Positions 1 to 10,820 of a stretch of DNA of 64,000 bases are shown one piece after another. Position 1 is the first letter of the stretch; every line of letters starts with the position of its first letter. The notes below the pieces were generated by a model. It made no database searches. It saw only the letters and a list, made by a program, of their open reading frames with translations, and had not been told where the DNA came from. This DNA comes from Alphaproteobacteria bacterium (GTDB lineage Bacteria; Pseudomonadota; Alphaproteobacteria; MPNO01; UBA830): positions 3,040,001 to 3,104,000 of the forward strand of contig OZ219791.1 of assembly GCA_964291215.2 (NCBI GenBank), read 5' to 3'. The translations under genes were made by a program, and so were the position numbers.

Positions 1-924
1 ATGATCGTGGGTCGTGTGCTGCAGGGCATCGGAATTGCCGCGCCGCACACCGTGACCATCGCCCTGGTGCGCGATCAGTACGAGGGACGTCGGATGGCTC
101 GCCTCATGTCGTTCGCGATGGCCGTGTTTATTCTTGTTCCCACCGTCGCCCCCGCCCTCGGGCAGTTGATCCTGTGGCTGGGAGGTTGGCGCGCGATATT
201 CACCACCTTTCTGGCCATCGCGGTGATTGCGCTTGCATGGTTCGGGCTTCGCCAGCCCGAGACTTTGCCGGCAGCGCGGCGGCGGCCGTTTTCCCTGCGG
301 GTCATCGGAGGCGCCGTCCGCGAGGTCGTCAAGACCCGGGCCGCGCTCGGCTTCATCCTCGCCTCCGGATGCGCGCACGCGCCATTCGTTGCCTATCTGA
401 GTTCTGCCCAGCAGATCTTTCAGGACGCCTACAGGACCGGCACCCTGTTTCCGGCCTATTTCGGCGTGTTGTCGCTGGCAATCGGAGGCGCCGCGCTCGC
501 GAATGGCCGCATCGTCATGAAGTACGGGATGCGCCGTCTTTCCGGGACTGCGGCGGTAGCGCTGACACTGGTTTCGGTCGCCGCGTTGCCGTTGGCCTTC
601 GCCTTCGGCGGGCTTCCTCCGTTGTGGCTGTTCATGGCCTACATGATCGTCGTCTTTCTCTGCATCGGGCTCCTGTTCGGAAATCTCTATGCGCTCGCTA
701 TGGAACCTCTCGGCCACATTGCCGGTGTGGGCGCTGCCGTGGTTGCCTCGGCTGCGACCTTCATAGCGGTACCTCTTGGTGTAATAGTGGGGCAGAGCTT
801 CGATGGAACGATGTACGCTCTCACCGTCGCTTTCGTGGTCTGCGGCGCTGGCACCGTCGTTGCGATGCGATGGGCCGAGGCGAATCGCGGCAGTCAACGC
901 ACGGCGCCCGTCGTCGAGCCGTGA
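1..924 (+). CDS. Bcr/CflA-family MFS efflux transporter (5'-truncated by window edge)
   Basis: GRVLQGIG...ALVRDQYEGRRMARLMS...PTVAPALGQ...GWRAIF motifs; multiple hydrophobic helices. Confidence 0.85.
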   Translation: MIVGRVLQGIGIAAPHTVTIALVRDQYEGRRMARLMSFAMAVFILVPTVAPALGQLILWLGGWRAIFTTFLAIAVIALAWFGLRQPETLPAARRRPFSLRVIGGAVREVVKTRAALGFILASGCAHAPFVAYLSSAQQIFQDAYRTGTLFPAYFGVLSLAIGGAALANGRIVMKYGMRRLSGTAAVALTLVSVAALPLAFAFGGLPPLWLFMAYMIVVFLCIGLLFGNLYALAMEPLGHIAGVGAAVVASAATFIAVPLGVIVGQSFDGTMYALTVAFVVCGAGTVVAMRWAEANRGSQRTAPVVEP

Positions 925-1343
925 TCGCCTGTCGCTGATGTGGCAACGGAAATGCTTGCGATCAAAAGCGGAGTGCACCTCAAAGACCGGAGCGGCAGCA
1001 ATGCCACGATTGCACCGGCGAACGGAAAGAAAGTTCGCTCCTCGAGCCCATGCTATCCAATTGATGTAGCGTCGGTGTGTAGTTCAGGTGAAGCACAAAG
1101 AAGGTATCTACTCACCCCTAGTTGGGTTCTGATTGGTCGTGGTGCTCGTTGATGATGTCTGCGGCTTTTCCGTCGAGGGCGATCTGGGTGGCGACGAGTG
1201 GGTTGTAGCCGAGTGCGGCCATAGAGGTGAGGTAGCTTGAGCCCCGGCACCATGCTTTTGCGTGGAGCGGAAGCATCCGGACACCTTGACCTTTGCCATC
1301 CTGATCTTCTGTTCTCCGGCATTGTTGGTGAAGCTGACATCGG

Positions 1344-2851
1344 GTGCGCCAGGCAAACTGGTGGAATGTGGCCGGGTGCAAGTCCCGAGAGAGGCTAATT
1401 TCTCCGTGAACCATGCGTCGCCAGGCGAAGCGTTGGGGAGCGGCAGGCCAGGCTATTGAGCCACGAGATGCTTTGAAACCGGAGTGCCGAGGTCGTGGCC
1501 GAAGGCAACGAGCCGCGTTGGTGAGGGGGGCTCCGCGGGGTCCGAGAACCAGGGCACGCGCCGAAGCAGGGACCTGGGAGGTCTTGCCCCTCTGTCGTGG
1601 AGGGGCCGCAGAGGAAAGGAACTAATCCGTAAACCGATGATGAACGAGAAGTCAGATTCGGCCATAGTACCGCTGAAGGCGGCGAACAAGGGTTCTTCGG
1701 AGCCTGCGGAGTTGTTGGAGGGAAGGGCAATGCGGTTGGCCCGCGCCGCGCGCAGAAGCGGGGGTCACAGGCGGCTGAACGCAGGTAGCGAAGAGGAACC
1801 CGGAAGAGCGTCTTTACTCCACCACGTGATGGTCGACGTTCTGCACGATGCGTTCCATTCCTTGAGGAAGGACGCGGCGGCGGGGCGTTGTGTGGCAAGC
1901 GTACGCGGAGGGTGTGGAACTGCCTGCACGCCCGTGTGCACAGGGGTGCGTACCGGGCGCCTCCAGGGTTTACATACCCAAGGAGGATGGAGGGCAACTT
2001 GCCTCGGACAAGATTCTTCAGCGGGCGGTGTGATTCTGGTGCCGCGAAACGGAGTTCCTCGGTTCCGGCCGGGGCGCATCATGCGCCGTCACGGTGGAAC
2101 GGCGGAAGGTCAACTGGATCGTTGACGCCCCTTCGACAACCGCGACCATCTGGTCGCGATGCTCGGGAAACGGATCGGGGGGTCTGATCATCAAGTGACG
2201 CCGGCGTCATGGAAGGGACCGACTGGCAAGGGAACACCGCAAGGGGCGGCGCCTTGCGAACCTGCACTACGTACGACTGGTTCCAGAACCACTGGCGCAA
2301 GCGGATGGCTGACACGATCATTATGCGGACGACTTCGTGTGCGGCTTTCAGCATCTGGGCGGCGCTGAGACCTTGGGGAGAGACTGGCCCACTTGAACTG
2401 CACCCGGAAAATCATCGAGTTCGGTCGGTTTGCCAGAGCGAACCGCCGGAAGCGTGGACAAGACGTTCGACTTCCTCGGCATGACGCACTTCTGCGAACA
2501 GACGAGGAAAGGCAGGTTCAGGGTCGGTCGCAAACGGGCACCCTGCGGCGGATCAAGGAGGCCTTACGCAGGCGGTGGCACGATAACCGGCACGAAACGG
2601 CCAAGTGGTGAGTTATCAACGGCTGCTACTACGCCGTTCCAGGAAGCAGCCTGCAGAAGTTCATACACCAATGCAAACAGCTGCGTGCCCTTCGGCGACG
2701 CTCCCAAAAGGACTTCACCGGGGACGTAGACACCCTCACCGCTGCCCACTGAGCCAGCATCCGTGGCCAAACCAGCGCCTTGTCGTCAGGGGAGGAGCGA
2801 ACAGCGCACGTCCGGTTCTGTGCGGGGGGTAACCCGGTTCCCTACCGCGAT
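1344..2851 (+). mobile_element. Group II intron (class D/E-like) with degenerate RT/maturase ORF, inserted antisense in the IS66 transposase
   Basis: 5' GTGCG at 1344; 3' DV/DVI-like ...gcacgtccggttctgtgcgggggg...ccctaccgcgAT at 2851. RT fragments EKSDSAIVP, LLHHV, YIPKEDG, GTPQG, (Y)ADD, LHPE, FDFLGMTHFC. Removing the intron restores transposase LRFTDD-PDVSF. Confidence 0.9.
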
Positions 2852-3884
2852 GGTCGTCTGTGAAGCGCAGGTTCTCGTGTTTCACGAGACGTTCGTGCAG
2901 GTTGTGCGCGTCGGACTTGCGTCCACGTTTTCCTTTCGTCGGGATGTCGGGCAGTTCCTTGGCGCCCTGATGGTGCGGTAGCGCCCGGCGTCGTTCAGGG
3001 TCTTGGATGCGCTCTTGTTGATCTTGTGGCAGGGAGCAGGCTCTTCATCAGTCGCGCGGTAGCCTCGACGACAAAGGTCAATTCGCGCAGCAGGTGGCTG
3101 CCGCACAGCTGGTGGTTACACTGGCCCATGTACGAGGCCCAGCAGTCGTGGACCAGGACGCCCTTGTAGCGCGGGATGATGCCGATCTCTTGCCTCCCGG
3201 CCGCGCTTGCGGTGCGGGAACTTGCACGTCAGGGTCCCACGACATGAAGCCACTTACTGTTGATCCGAAATCGTCGACATCGGGCGTTGCAGGAGGTGCG
3301 CCACGGCAGCCTCCTCCCATGACGCATCGTGAAAGCATAGCCGAGGCCTCGGAGAGCTTGATGCGGGAGATCGCCTGCACGAGCGCGACGGCACGGCGCA
3401 GGGACAGCATCTGGGCGACCAACAGGTTGATGACGAGGGCCTGGATGCCGATACCGTACTGCACGGGATGTTGTCGGGGAACCGGCCCCGGGCCTTGCAC
3501 TTCGGGCATTCCTCGGCGCGGCGCTCGACGACCTCGAACACGATGTCGTGCGGCGTTCCCGATCGACGGGGCCGTCGATGTCAGCGCCGCAGGCGTCGCA
3601 GGCCGCGACCGTCTCCTCGACGATGGTCTTGCGCAGGTTGTCGCCCATCTGCCGGTTCGGCTTCGGGCCGTTGCTCCCGGCACGCTCTTGTCCGTCTGTG
3701 ACGGCGGCAGACCGGAGTTCCGGCTCGTGCGTAGTCTTCTCCAGAAGGACGACGATGAGGATGTCGAGCAGGATGACGAAGACGCGGATCACGGCCTCTT
3801 CCGCCACCTTGCCGGCCGCACGCAGCGCCGCGATCCGGGTCTTGGCCGCTTCGAACTCCTCGCGCGCCGCGTTCACCGTCGCCA

Positions 3885-4094
3885 TCACCCGGCCTCGACG
3901 GTCATGATCGTCGCGAGCATCGCCTGGCGCTCGCCCGGCGGCATCTTCCGGTACTCCGCCGCTCGGCCTTGCGCTTCATCAGCGCGCCGCCTCCGATGGC
4001 ACAGCCCGTTCGTCGCCTTCGATCCAAAGTAGCTCACTGCCGGTCCCCGTCGTTCTCGATTACCACCACTAAACGAATCGGCCTGCAGTGTCAA
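3885..4094 (-). pseudogene. Internally deleted Dam/D12-class DNA adenine methyltransferase remnant (IS66 passenger)
   Basis: SYFGSKATNGLC N-terminus fused to YRKMPPGERQAMLATIMTVEAG C-terminus; homologous to the longer copy at 35788-36130 that retains DPPY. Confidence 0.65.
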
Positions 4095-4287
4095 ATCTCC
4101 ACGAAAACCCGTTCATTACTCTACCCCGACATCAAGCCGGAACCAGGGGGTGAGCAGTTACGAAACGGGAACCTATTGAACTTCATGTCAGGTGTGGCAG
4201 TAGCAAAATCTTCCTTTGCTTTTGCTACACAGAGAATGAAGCGATCCGGCATGCGTTGGCACATCGCCATGCCAAACTCACGCCCGC

Positions 4288-6903
4288 TTATACCCTCTGT
4301 TCTCCCCTGAGTTTGATCAGGAGTTGATCGCGAATTTCCTCTCGCACGTCATATGCAGCGGTTGCCGCGACTTCGAGTGTGACAGCGATTGCGAATGAGA
4401 TCTCCAAGTCGGGGTCGAGTCCACCCCCTGAGGCATCCCGACATTGAACCCGGATCGGAAGCGTTGCTTCGTCGTCATAGTCTGGGACGCGGACACGGTT
4501 GTGCACGAGGCGGCGGGACCAAGCAGTGCCCCGCTTGATGAGAGCCACGGCAGGGGGCTCGGACTTCATCGCGAGGTTCCAGTGTTTGTCCTCAGCGTCG
4601 TCTTGAAGCACATCACCATCTGCGGCAATGGCTTCCAGAGCAGCTAGGCGATACTTGGCTCGCGCCGATTCCACGGGCGAAAACCATGCCAAGGTAACCA
4701 GCATCGACCGGTGAACCCTATCGCCGGAAAGAGACGAGGGGAGCGGCATGTCGAAAATCGTCCCCTGATCCTTTCGTACCCGACCAAGGCCAATCAGGGT
4801 CACTCCGTGAAGCGGAGCCTCGCGCATGAGTTCGGCATCCAGGAAGCCATATCCGAAGTGACGGGCAACCTCCTCTGCGGCTTGCTGGAAGCGTCTTCTT
4901 TGGGCCGCATTTTCGATGGCGTAGAGTTCCTTCGCGGCTTCGGGCCATCTGCTGGCGTTGATCGCCAATGCCCGTGTCAGCAACGCGAGATCATTGCGGG
5001 AAAGTTCTATCCCTTCGTAGGGACCGCCCTCTTCAGTGAGCATAGCGGCTGCATTGAGCAGTGACCTCGTTACAAGAGCGGCGGCGCAACTGGTTCCTCG
5101 GGAGCGAGATTGGTGTGATACACCGATGCCGGCTGTCGCGACAGTCAATCCGGTGCGCACACTCCGAGGAACGATTCGTAATCTCAGACCATCGCCGGCC
5201 GGAACTGCTTGTACTTCCTGATGCCCTCCAATGCCGATTAGATCCGGCTTTATGATGCGAAACGGGCCGAGGCCCAATGCACTGGATATTGCAGGAAGGG
5301 TGTCGCCGTCGGCCTGTACCTCGACCACTCCTGGAGCGACGGCCATGGCGGCCGGCCTCAGATCGAGAGAGGCGGCGCCGACCGTAAGAACGTTTAGAGC
5401 CTCGCTCGGCGCCAGGAGCGTGCGTTCGTAACGGTGCTGCCGTTGGGCAGCACGGACATGTTTTCGACATTCTAGCAGGGACAAGCTCTCAAATCCGCTT
5501 ACGGTCATGTCAGGTATGTGAATATCCCACTGCACGTTGCCGGCAGAGACGACAAAAAGGACTCCCGTCTCGCTCGACCACCAGTCGAGCAGGCGTGCCA
5601 GTGAACTGATGCGGCCGGTGAAATGCGAACCGTGGACTCCTATCGAGAAATTCACGACAAACGCGTCCGGGACTAGAGGATTGTCGCCAAGGAATGCGCG
5701 CTGAAGGGCGGTATGAACGAGGTCCACAAAGAGGCGGTCATCCGGAGAGATAGCCCCATCTTCGGTGTCGACCAACAGAGGAATGGCTAGCAGGCGACTG
5801 TCGAGGACAGGGGACCCGTCGGATTCGAGATCACCCCTCAGAATTAGCGATGCCATCGCGGTGGCGTGGCGCCTGGTAACGACTGGGGATCGATCGACCA
5901 AATCGTGCACATCTTCAATGGCAACTCCACCATCAAGGCTGCGGTGACCGGCGATCGGCGTACCATCGAGGAGCAGAGCTCGGAAAGGGCTGGTGGGGTC
6001 GAAGTTCTCGAGATTCTCCAAATTAACGTCTGAAGGCTGAGAATGCGCAGGCAGAGACTGCGCGATGGTTTGAGGTAAAACGAACTGAAGACCGTCGAGT
6101 GTCGCGAGTCCATCCGGTGCAGACGGGTTGTCGAGCATGGCACGCACGGTGCCAGCAGCGAGTCCAACAAGCATAGCATCGTACACGAACCTGTCCTCGT
6201 GAATAGCGCTTCGGTGGATGACGTGGCCGCCCAGAGCGGCGACCTTTGCTTCGGTTTCTCTCCGCCATTGGCCAAGTTTGTCCAAGCTTTGCGTCGGCCA
6301 ATGTTCAAGCTCAAGTTTTACTTGGGCGTCATTGTCGAACGGAAGCCGGTTCTCCAGCTCAGCACGATAATCGGCAGACAGGCGGTCTTCCGGTCCCCAA
6401 GGACGTAACTCGGCAAGCATGTCGAAGAGGCGCCACCAAGGGGCATATCCGTGCTCAGCATCGCGATCCTTCTGATATGTGCGCCAAAGCTTAAGAACCC
6501 GATCCAAGGCTTCCTGGGTAGGCATGGTTGCATAGAGGATTGGGGAGACGGTGCCTTGATGGTCGGCGATCAAGTCATCCGGCAGATCATAGTCATCGTC
6601 CAGTTCAATTTCGGAGAGCACCTCAAGGCCGACCAACCGGGCTGCGCGGGCAAAGTTGCCGATCGGCACCGCTGTGACGAATACGAGGGCACGTTCGGGC
6701 GCGATGCCAAATGGATCACGCCGCAGTTCAAGTGCTGCATCGTCACGAGCGAGCACGCCTTCGAGGCGCTCGAATTCCTGACGAAACCGTTCTCCTTGCT
6801 GACGACGCCCAATTCCTCGAGGCCGTGGGAACCGAGCCGGTGCACCTGTCATCCTGCGTGCGGGACGCGAATCAGGAAGGCGCAAGATCGGTCGGTCGGT
6901 CAT
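4288..6903 (-). CDS. S8 (subtilisin-like) peptidase, IetS-like
   Basis: 871 aa intact ORF; triad motifs LLDGTPI, HATAMAS, GTSCAA, plus VSAGN; overlaps upstream AAA ATPase. Confidence 0.85.
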   Translation of the reverse strand: MTDRPILRLPDSRPARRMTGAPARFPRPRGIGRRQQGERFRQEFERLEGVLARDDAALELRRDPFGIAPERALVFVTAVPIGNFARAARLVGLEVLSEIELDDDYDLPDDLIADHQGTVSPILYATMPTQEALDRVLKLWRTYQKDRDAEHGYAPWWRLFDMLAELRPWGPEDRLSADYRAELENRLPFDNDAQVKLELEHWPTQSLDKLGQWRRETEAKVAALGGHVIHRSAIHEDRFVYDAMLVGLAAGTVRAMLDNPSAPDGLATLDGLQFVLPQTIAQSLPAHSQPSDVNLENLENFDPTSPFRALLLDGTPIAGHRSLDGGVAIEDVHDLVDRSPVVTRRHATAMASLILRGDLESDGSPVLDSRLLAIPLLVDTEDGAISPDDRLFVDLVHTALQRAFLGDNPLVPDAFVVNFSIGVHGSHFTGRISSLARLLDWWSSETGVLFVVSAGNVQWDIHIPDMTVSGFESLSLLECRKHVRAAQRQHRYERTLLAPSEALNVLTVGAASLDLRPAAMAVAPGVVEVQADGDTLPAISSALGLGPFRIIKPDLIGIGGHQEVQAVPAGDGLRLRIVPRSVRTGLTVATAGIGVSHQSRSRGTSCAAALVTRSLLNAAAMLTEEGGPYEGIELSRNDLALLTRALAINASRWPEAAKELYAIENAAQRRRFQQAAEEVARHFGYGFLDAELMREAPLHGVTLIGLGRVRKDQGTIFDMPLPSSLSGDRVHRSMLVTLAWFSPVESARAKYRLAALEAIAADGDVLQDDAEDKHWNLAMKSEPPAVALIKRGTAWSRRLVHNRVRVPDYDDEATLPIRVQCRDASGGGLDPDLEISFAIAVTLEVAATAAYDVREEIRDQLLIKLRGEQRV

Positions 6904-7894
6904 TTGTACTGTATCGACACTGCTGGTCGTTTAGGTGGTTCTTGGCCTTCACTCGGTCCTTTACCAGGGTTCGGAAAGTCAGGCTGCCTTGAGCTAGTGC
7001 GTAGCGGCGATGAAGATCGAGAAAGAAATCCTCTGCATCGGAAAAATTCTTCGGCGAAACGGCTAAACGCAATCTCTTGGCCGTGTAACCCGATTTCTCT
7101 CTGAACTCCCGGAGCCTGACCGCAAAATACTCCGTCATCTGGTCTTCCGTCGGTTTCCCCAACTCAAGCTTGATTTCAAATCGTCTCCATGTAGCTCGGT
7201 CGAGTAACTCTGGGTGATTGGTCGCAGCAACGAGAACACAATAGGAAGGGAGGTCATCAAGTTGCAGGAGAAGCGTTGTCACGACCCGCTTGATTTCGCC
7301 AGTTTCGTGAAGATCACCACGTTCCTTGCCAATGGCGTCAAATTCATCGAAGAACAGGACACAGGGTTCGGTTCGCACATAATCGAAGAGGCGCCTTAGC
7401 CTCTGAGCTGTTTCGCCCAGATAGCTAGTCACCACTGCGTCGTATCGAATTGCAAATAGCGGGAGAGCCAGTTCGAATGCAAGACTCTCTGCAAGAGAAG
7501 TCTTGCCGTTTCCTGGTGGGCCGACAAGCAGGACGCGATGACGCGGTTCTAGGCCGTGGGCACGCAGAACTTCGGCTCGTGCCTGTTCCTCGATCAGTTC
7601 GTGACACGCATTACGGATAGCCTTCGCGAGAAACAGGCTGGTCAGCGGCCGCTCCGGGTGGCGTCGTTGGATTCCCCCAGAGCCGTCCCGGACACGCAAG
7701 GTACCCGGCCTAGTCGAGCCTGGTCCCGTAGGCCTTGTAGGTGCAGAAAGCGCCCGGTCGATTCGTTCCGCGACGACGGTATGCTTTTTCGCACGTTCGT
7801 TCGCGGCGATCGCCTCGGCAGCAACACGGGCGGACTCCTGATCCCCGCTAACGCTGGCCTTGACAAGATCGACGATGAGATCACTTCGGGCCAT
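6872..7894 (-). CDS. AAA+ ATPase, IetA-like
   Basis: MARSDL start; Walker A GPPGNGKT, Walker B LFFDEFD, SYLGETA, GEIKRVV, AATNHPELLD. Confidence 0.9.
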   Translation of the reverse strand: MARSDLIVDLVKASVSGDQESARVAAEAIAANERAKKHTVVAERIDRALSAPTRPTGPGSTRPGTLRVRDGSGGIQRRHPERPLTSLFLAKAIRNACHELIEEQARAEVLRAHGLEPRHRVLLVGPPGNGKTSLAESLAFELALPLFAIRYDAVVTSYLGETAQRLRRLFDYVRTEPCVLFFDEFDAIGKERGDLHETGEIKRVVTTLLLQLDDLPSYCVLVAATNHPELLDRATWRRFEIKLELGKPTEDQMTEYFAVRLREFREKSGYTAKRLRLAVSPKNFSDAEDFFLDLHRRYALAQGSLTFRTLVKDRVKAKNHLNDQQCRYSTNDRPTDLAPS

Positions 7895-7902
7895 CAAGGA
7901 TC

Positions 7903-7932
7903 TTACCTGAGCCTAGTTTACCTGAGCCTAGT
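7903..7932. repeat. Perfect 15-bp tandem duplication TTACCTGAGCCTAGT x2
   Basis: Read directly: 7903-7917 and 7918-7932, 8 bp upstream of the AAA start codon. Confidence 0.9.
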
Positions 7933-8361
7933 AGACGCAAACGTAGCACGGATCGTCTAAAGAATCAACGAATTTTAACTAATTTCGACTGTTTCAGGAA
8001 GAATCGCACGGATCATGGGAAATAGCCATACCTCGTACAACGGCGCGTGGGATCGCAGAGGCACTCGTCGAACTGTGCTGGACCTCGGCCTGACACACGC
8101 CGACCGGCGCGGCAACCCCGTGTTCGTCTTCCTGATCGGCGATCTGGGAGGTGTGTGGATGGTGGTATGGGCCATTGCTTACAATGAGTTGAGCGCAATC
8201 AGGCGCGCATTTCTAGGTTTTGGCGGCGAGGCGCACCCTCGCCGGTCTGCCGGGCACGCAGGGCAGACCGTCGCACGGCCGGAGCGATGGGCAGATGTTC
8301 TGGTGGTTCTGATACTCAACATAGCCGGCTTTGATCGGCTATCCTCAAAGCGGGAGAATGT

Positions 8362-9723
8362 CTACAACCAGTCCAGACTCAGTCGTCGTCCTTGGGGCAC
8401 CCCTGCACCGCCTTCCGACTCCGCGCCATCCGACCGCGCACACTCCTTGGGTTTCAGCCGAAGGGGCTCTCGATCATCCTCCAGCGTAGCTGATCCTCCG
8501 AGGTTTGAGGACGAAATGTCCACCAGGACATCGCTGTGCTCCGTCTTGTCCGGCAGCGGCGACACCTCCGCCCTGTATCCCATGGCGCGCGCGATGACGG
8601 CCGCGGCCTGCGCGGCGGCGTCCCGCAGCGCGCCGTCGTCGAGATGGGCGTAGATCGCGGTGGTCTCGCGCTTGCGGTGTCCGAGCAGCCGTCCGACCGT
8701 GGTGAGCCCGACGCCGTTCATGACGCCCTGCGAGGCCCAGGTGTGGCGGCAGTCGTGGATGCGAAGGCCCGGAAGCCCGGCTTTATCCCGTATGCCGACC
8801 CAGAAGGTGTAGAGCCTTGCCGATGTGAGGGTCTCGGGGAACACCCGCTCCCGGCCATCCGGTCGCGGCAGCGCCTCGACCAGTCCTGCCGCTTCGGGTC
8901 CGAGCCAGATGGTGCGCGGTCCGGTCTTGGAGTCTTCGATGCGCGCGCTCGCGCCGTCTCCGGCCAGCTCTCCGATCTCATCCCACCTGAGGTTGATGAC
9001 TTCGGAGAGCCGCGCCCCGGTGAGCGTCAACAGCCGGATGGCCGCCACCGGCCAGGGGTGTTCCTCCCGGTGACGGTCGAGCACCGCGCCGAGACGCTCC
9101 AGCTCTTCGCGGCTGAGGTAACGCGCGACAGGCTTGCGGGGGTTCTTCACGATGTTGGCGCAGGCATCGGGGACATGCTCGCCGATGTCGCCCCACTGCC
9201 GGGCCGTCCCGAGCATGGCGCGGAGGATCTCGAAGGCGCGGTTGGCGGCGCCGGGCCGGTCCGCGCTGGCGGCGTCGAACCATGCCGAGACCCGCGCATG
9301 GTCGATGGCGTCGAGCCGGAGCCTGCCGAAGTGGGGCATCAGGCGGTTCTTCATGTAGCTATCGAAGGTCTCGAGCGAGGACGGCTTCCAGCGGTGTTTC
9401 CGCCGCGAGCGGTAACGGGCGGCGAAGTCCCGGAACAGCGGCGCCTTCTCCTTGCGCGGCGGCGTCACGTCCTCGCCGCCCCACAGGCGGGCGAGCACGG
9501 CCGCGCCTTCCCGGCGGGCCGCGTCGAGAGGCAGTTCGGGGAAGCGCCCGAGGGTGATCTTGCGCATGCGTCCCCGGACGCGGGTCTGGACGATCCGGGA
9601 CCGGACGCCGGAGGGCTGCACCCTGACCCCGAAATGCGCCAGCAGATTGTCCCACAGGGTGTATTCCCGTTCCGCCGGCTTGGCGACGGCCTTCACGGTG
9701 AGCCGGTGCCTGCGGCCGCTCAT
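8362..9723 (-). CDS. Tyrosine recombinase/integrase with N-terminal arm-binding (DUF4102-like) domain
   Basis: YTLWD..HFGVRVQPSG..ITLGRFP; LTGARLSEV, DSKTG, RIHDCRHTWAS, LLGH..TTAIYAH; open from ATG 9723. Confidence 0.85.
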   Translation of the reverse strand: MSGRRHRLTVKAVAKPAEREYTLWDNLLAHFGVRVQPSGVRSRIVQTRVRGRMRKITLGRFPELPLDAARREGAAVLARLWGGEDVTPPRKEKAPLFRDFAARYRSRRKHRWKPSSLETFDSYMKNRLMPHFGRLRLDAIDHARVSAWFDAASADRPGAANRAFEILRAMLGTARQWGDIGEHVPDACANIVKNPRKPVARYLSREELERLGAVLDRHREEHPWPVAAIRLLTLTGARLSEVINLRWDEIGELAGDGASARIEDSKTGPRTIWLGPEAAGLVEALPRPDGRERVFPETLTSARLYTFWVGIRDKAGLPGLRIHDCRHTWASQGVMNGVGLTTVGRLLGHRKRETTAIYAHLDDGALRDAAAQAAAVIARAMGYRAEVSPLPDKTEHSDVLVDISSSNLGGSATLEDDREPLRLKPKECARSDGAESEGGAGVPQGRRLSLDWL

Positions 9724-10820
9724 CGCCCGCTCTCCTTCCCGGTCATGGCCTCGTGGACGATGCCGGAGATACGCCCGGCCGCCTCGCGGACATGCTCGTC
9801 GGCGAGATGGGCGTAGCGTTCGGTGGAGGCGGTATCGGCATGGCCGAGCAGGCGGCCGACGGTGTAGAGGTCGAGGCCGCTCATCACGGCATGGGAGGCG
9901 AAGGTATGCCGGCAGTCGTGGATGCGCACATCGTCCAGCCCGGCGAGACCGCGCAGCTTCTGCCAGCGCAGGCCGAGGTCGGTCATCGGGCCGTCGCCCT
10001 TCCCGTTCGGGAAGACGAAGCGTCCCTCGCGCGGCAGGCCATTCAGGACGGCCCGCGCGGGCGGCGGAAGCTGGAGCGCCCGGTCTTGGAGTCCGGCAAC
10101 ACCGCGCGGGTGTCCCGTATCCAGTCCCATTGCAGGCCGGCGATCTCGAACGACCGGGCGCCGGTGAACAGCAGCAGGCGGCCTGCCGGTCCTCCGCATG
10201 GTCGAGCACTAAGCCGAGGCGCTTCAACTCGTCCAGGGACAGGAACCGCTCGCGCGGCGCCGTCCTGTAGCGCCGCATGTTGCGGCAGGGGTTGGAGCCC
10301 TGCGGGCGAAGGTCACAGAGTTCCGCCTGCCGCATCATCACCGAGAGCACCGGCAGGGTCCGGTTGGCGCTGCCGGGGGTTCCGCTGAGGGAATCGAACC
10401 AGCGCCGCACATCGGCGCGGTCGATCTTCGCGACGGGCATCGCGCCGAAGAAGGGCAGGAGGCGGCGCTCGATCAGATGGGCGTTGGCCTTCCTCGTGGA
10501 GGGTTTCCAGCGCCGCCCCTGGCGGCGCATGAAGTCGGCCGCGAAGTCGGCGAACAGCGGCCCGGTCTCGCGGTCGGCCCCGGCTTCGGCGATGGCGGCA
10601 ATGGCCTTCTCCCTCGCCTCGGCGGCGGTCATGTCGTCGGTCGTGCCGAGGATCGCCCTGGGCGCGCCGAACTGGCGTGAGGTCTGGACGAAGAAGGTCT
10701 TCGTTCCGGCGACGGTGAAGCCGAAGGCGGGCAGGTCCCTGACGGTCAGGCCGTATCGTCCGGGTTTCTTCTCCCTGAAGGTGCGGCGGACCGTCCGCTC
10801 GTTGACGGGGGCATGGATGC
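9720..10820 (-). pseudogene. Second tyrosine integrase, frameshifted by small deletions
   Basis: N-part (RRWKPSTRK, SANRTLPVLS, RERFLSLDEL) and C-part (RIHDCRHTFASHA, LLGHADTASTERYAH) lie in different frames; ATGA overlap with the downstream integrase; 5' end approximate. Confidence 0.8.

Larger units (their letters stand above)
1104..4161 (-). mobile_element. IS66-family (ISBst12-like, single transposase) element copy A, degenerate, with methyltransferase remnant and group II intron insertion
   Basis: Terminal IRs GTATCTACTCACCCC (1104) and GTAACTGCTCACCCC (reverse strand, ending 4161). Fragmented transposase motifs: QYGIGIQALVINLLVAQMLSLRR, YKGVLVHDCW, HQLCGSHLLREL, PDVSFTNNAGEQKIRMAKVK. 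Confidence 0.85.
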
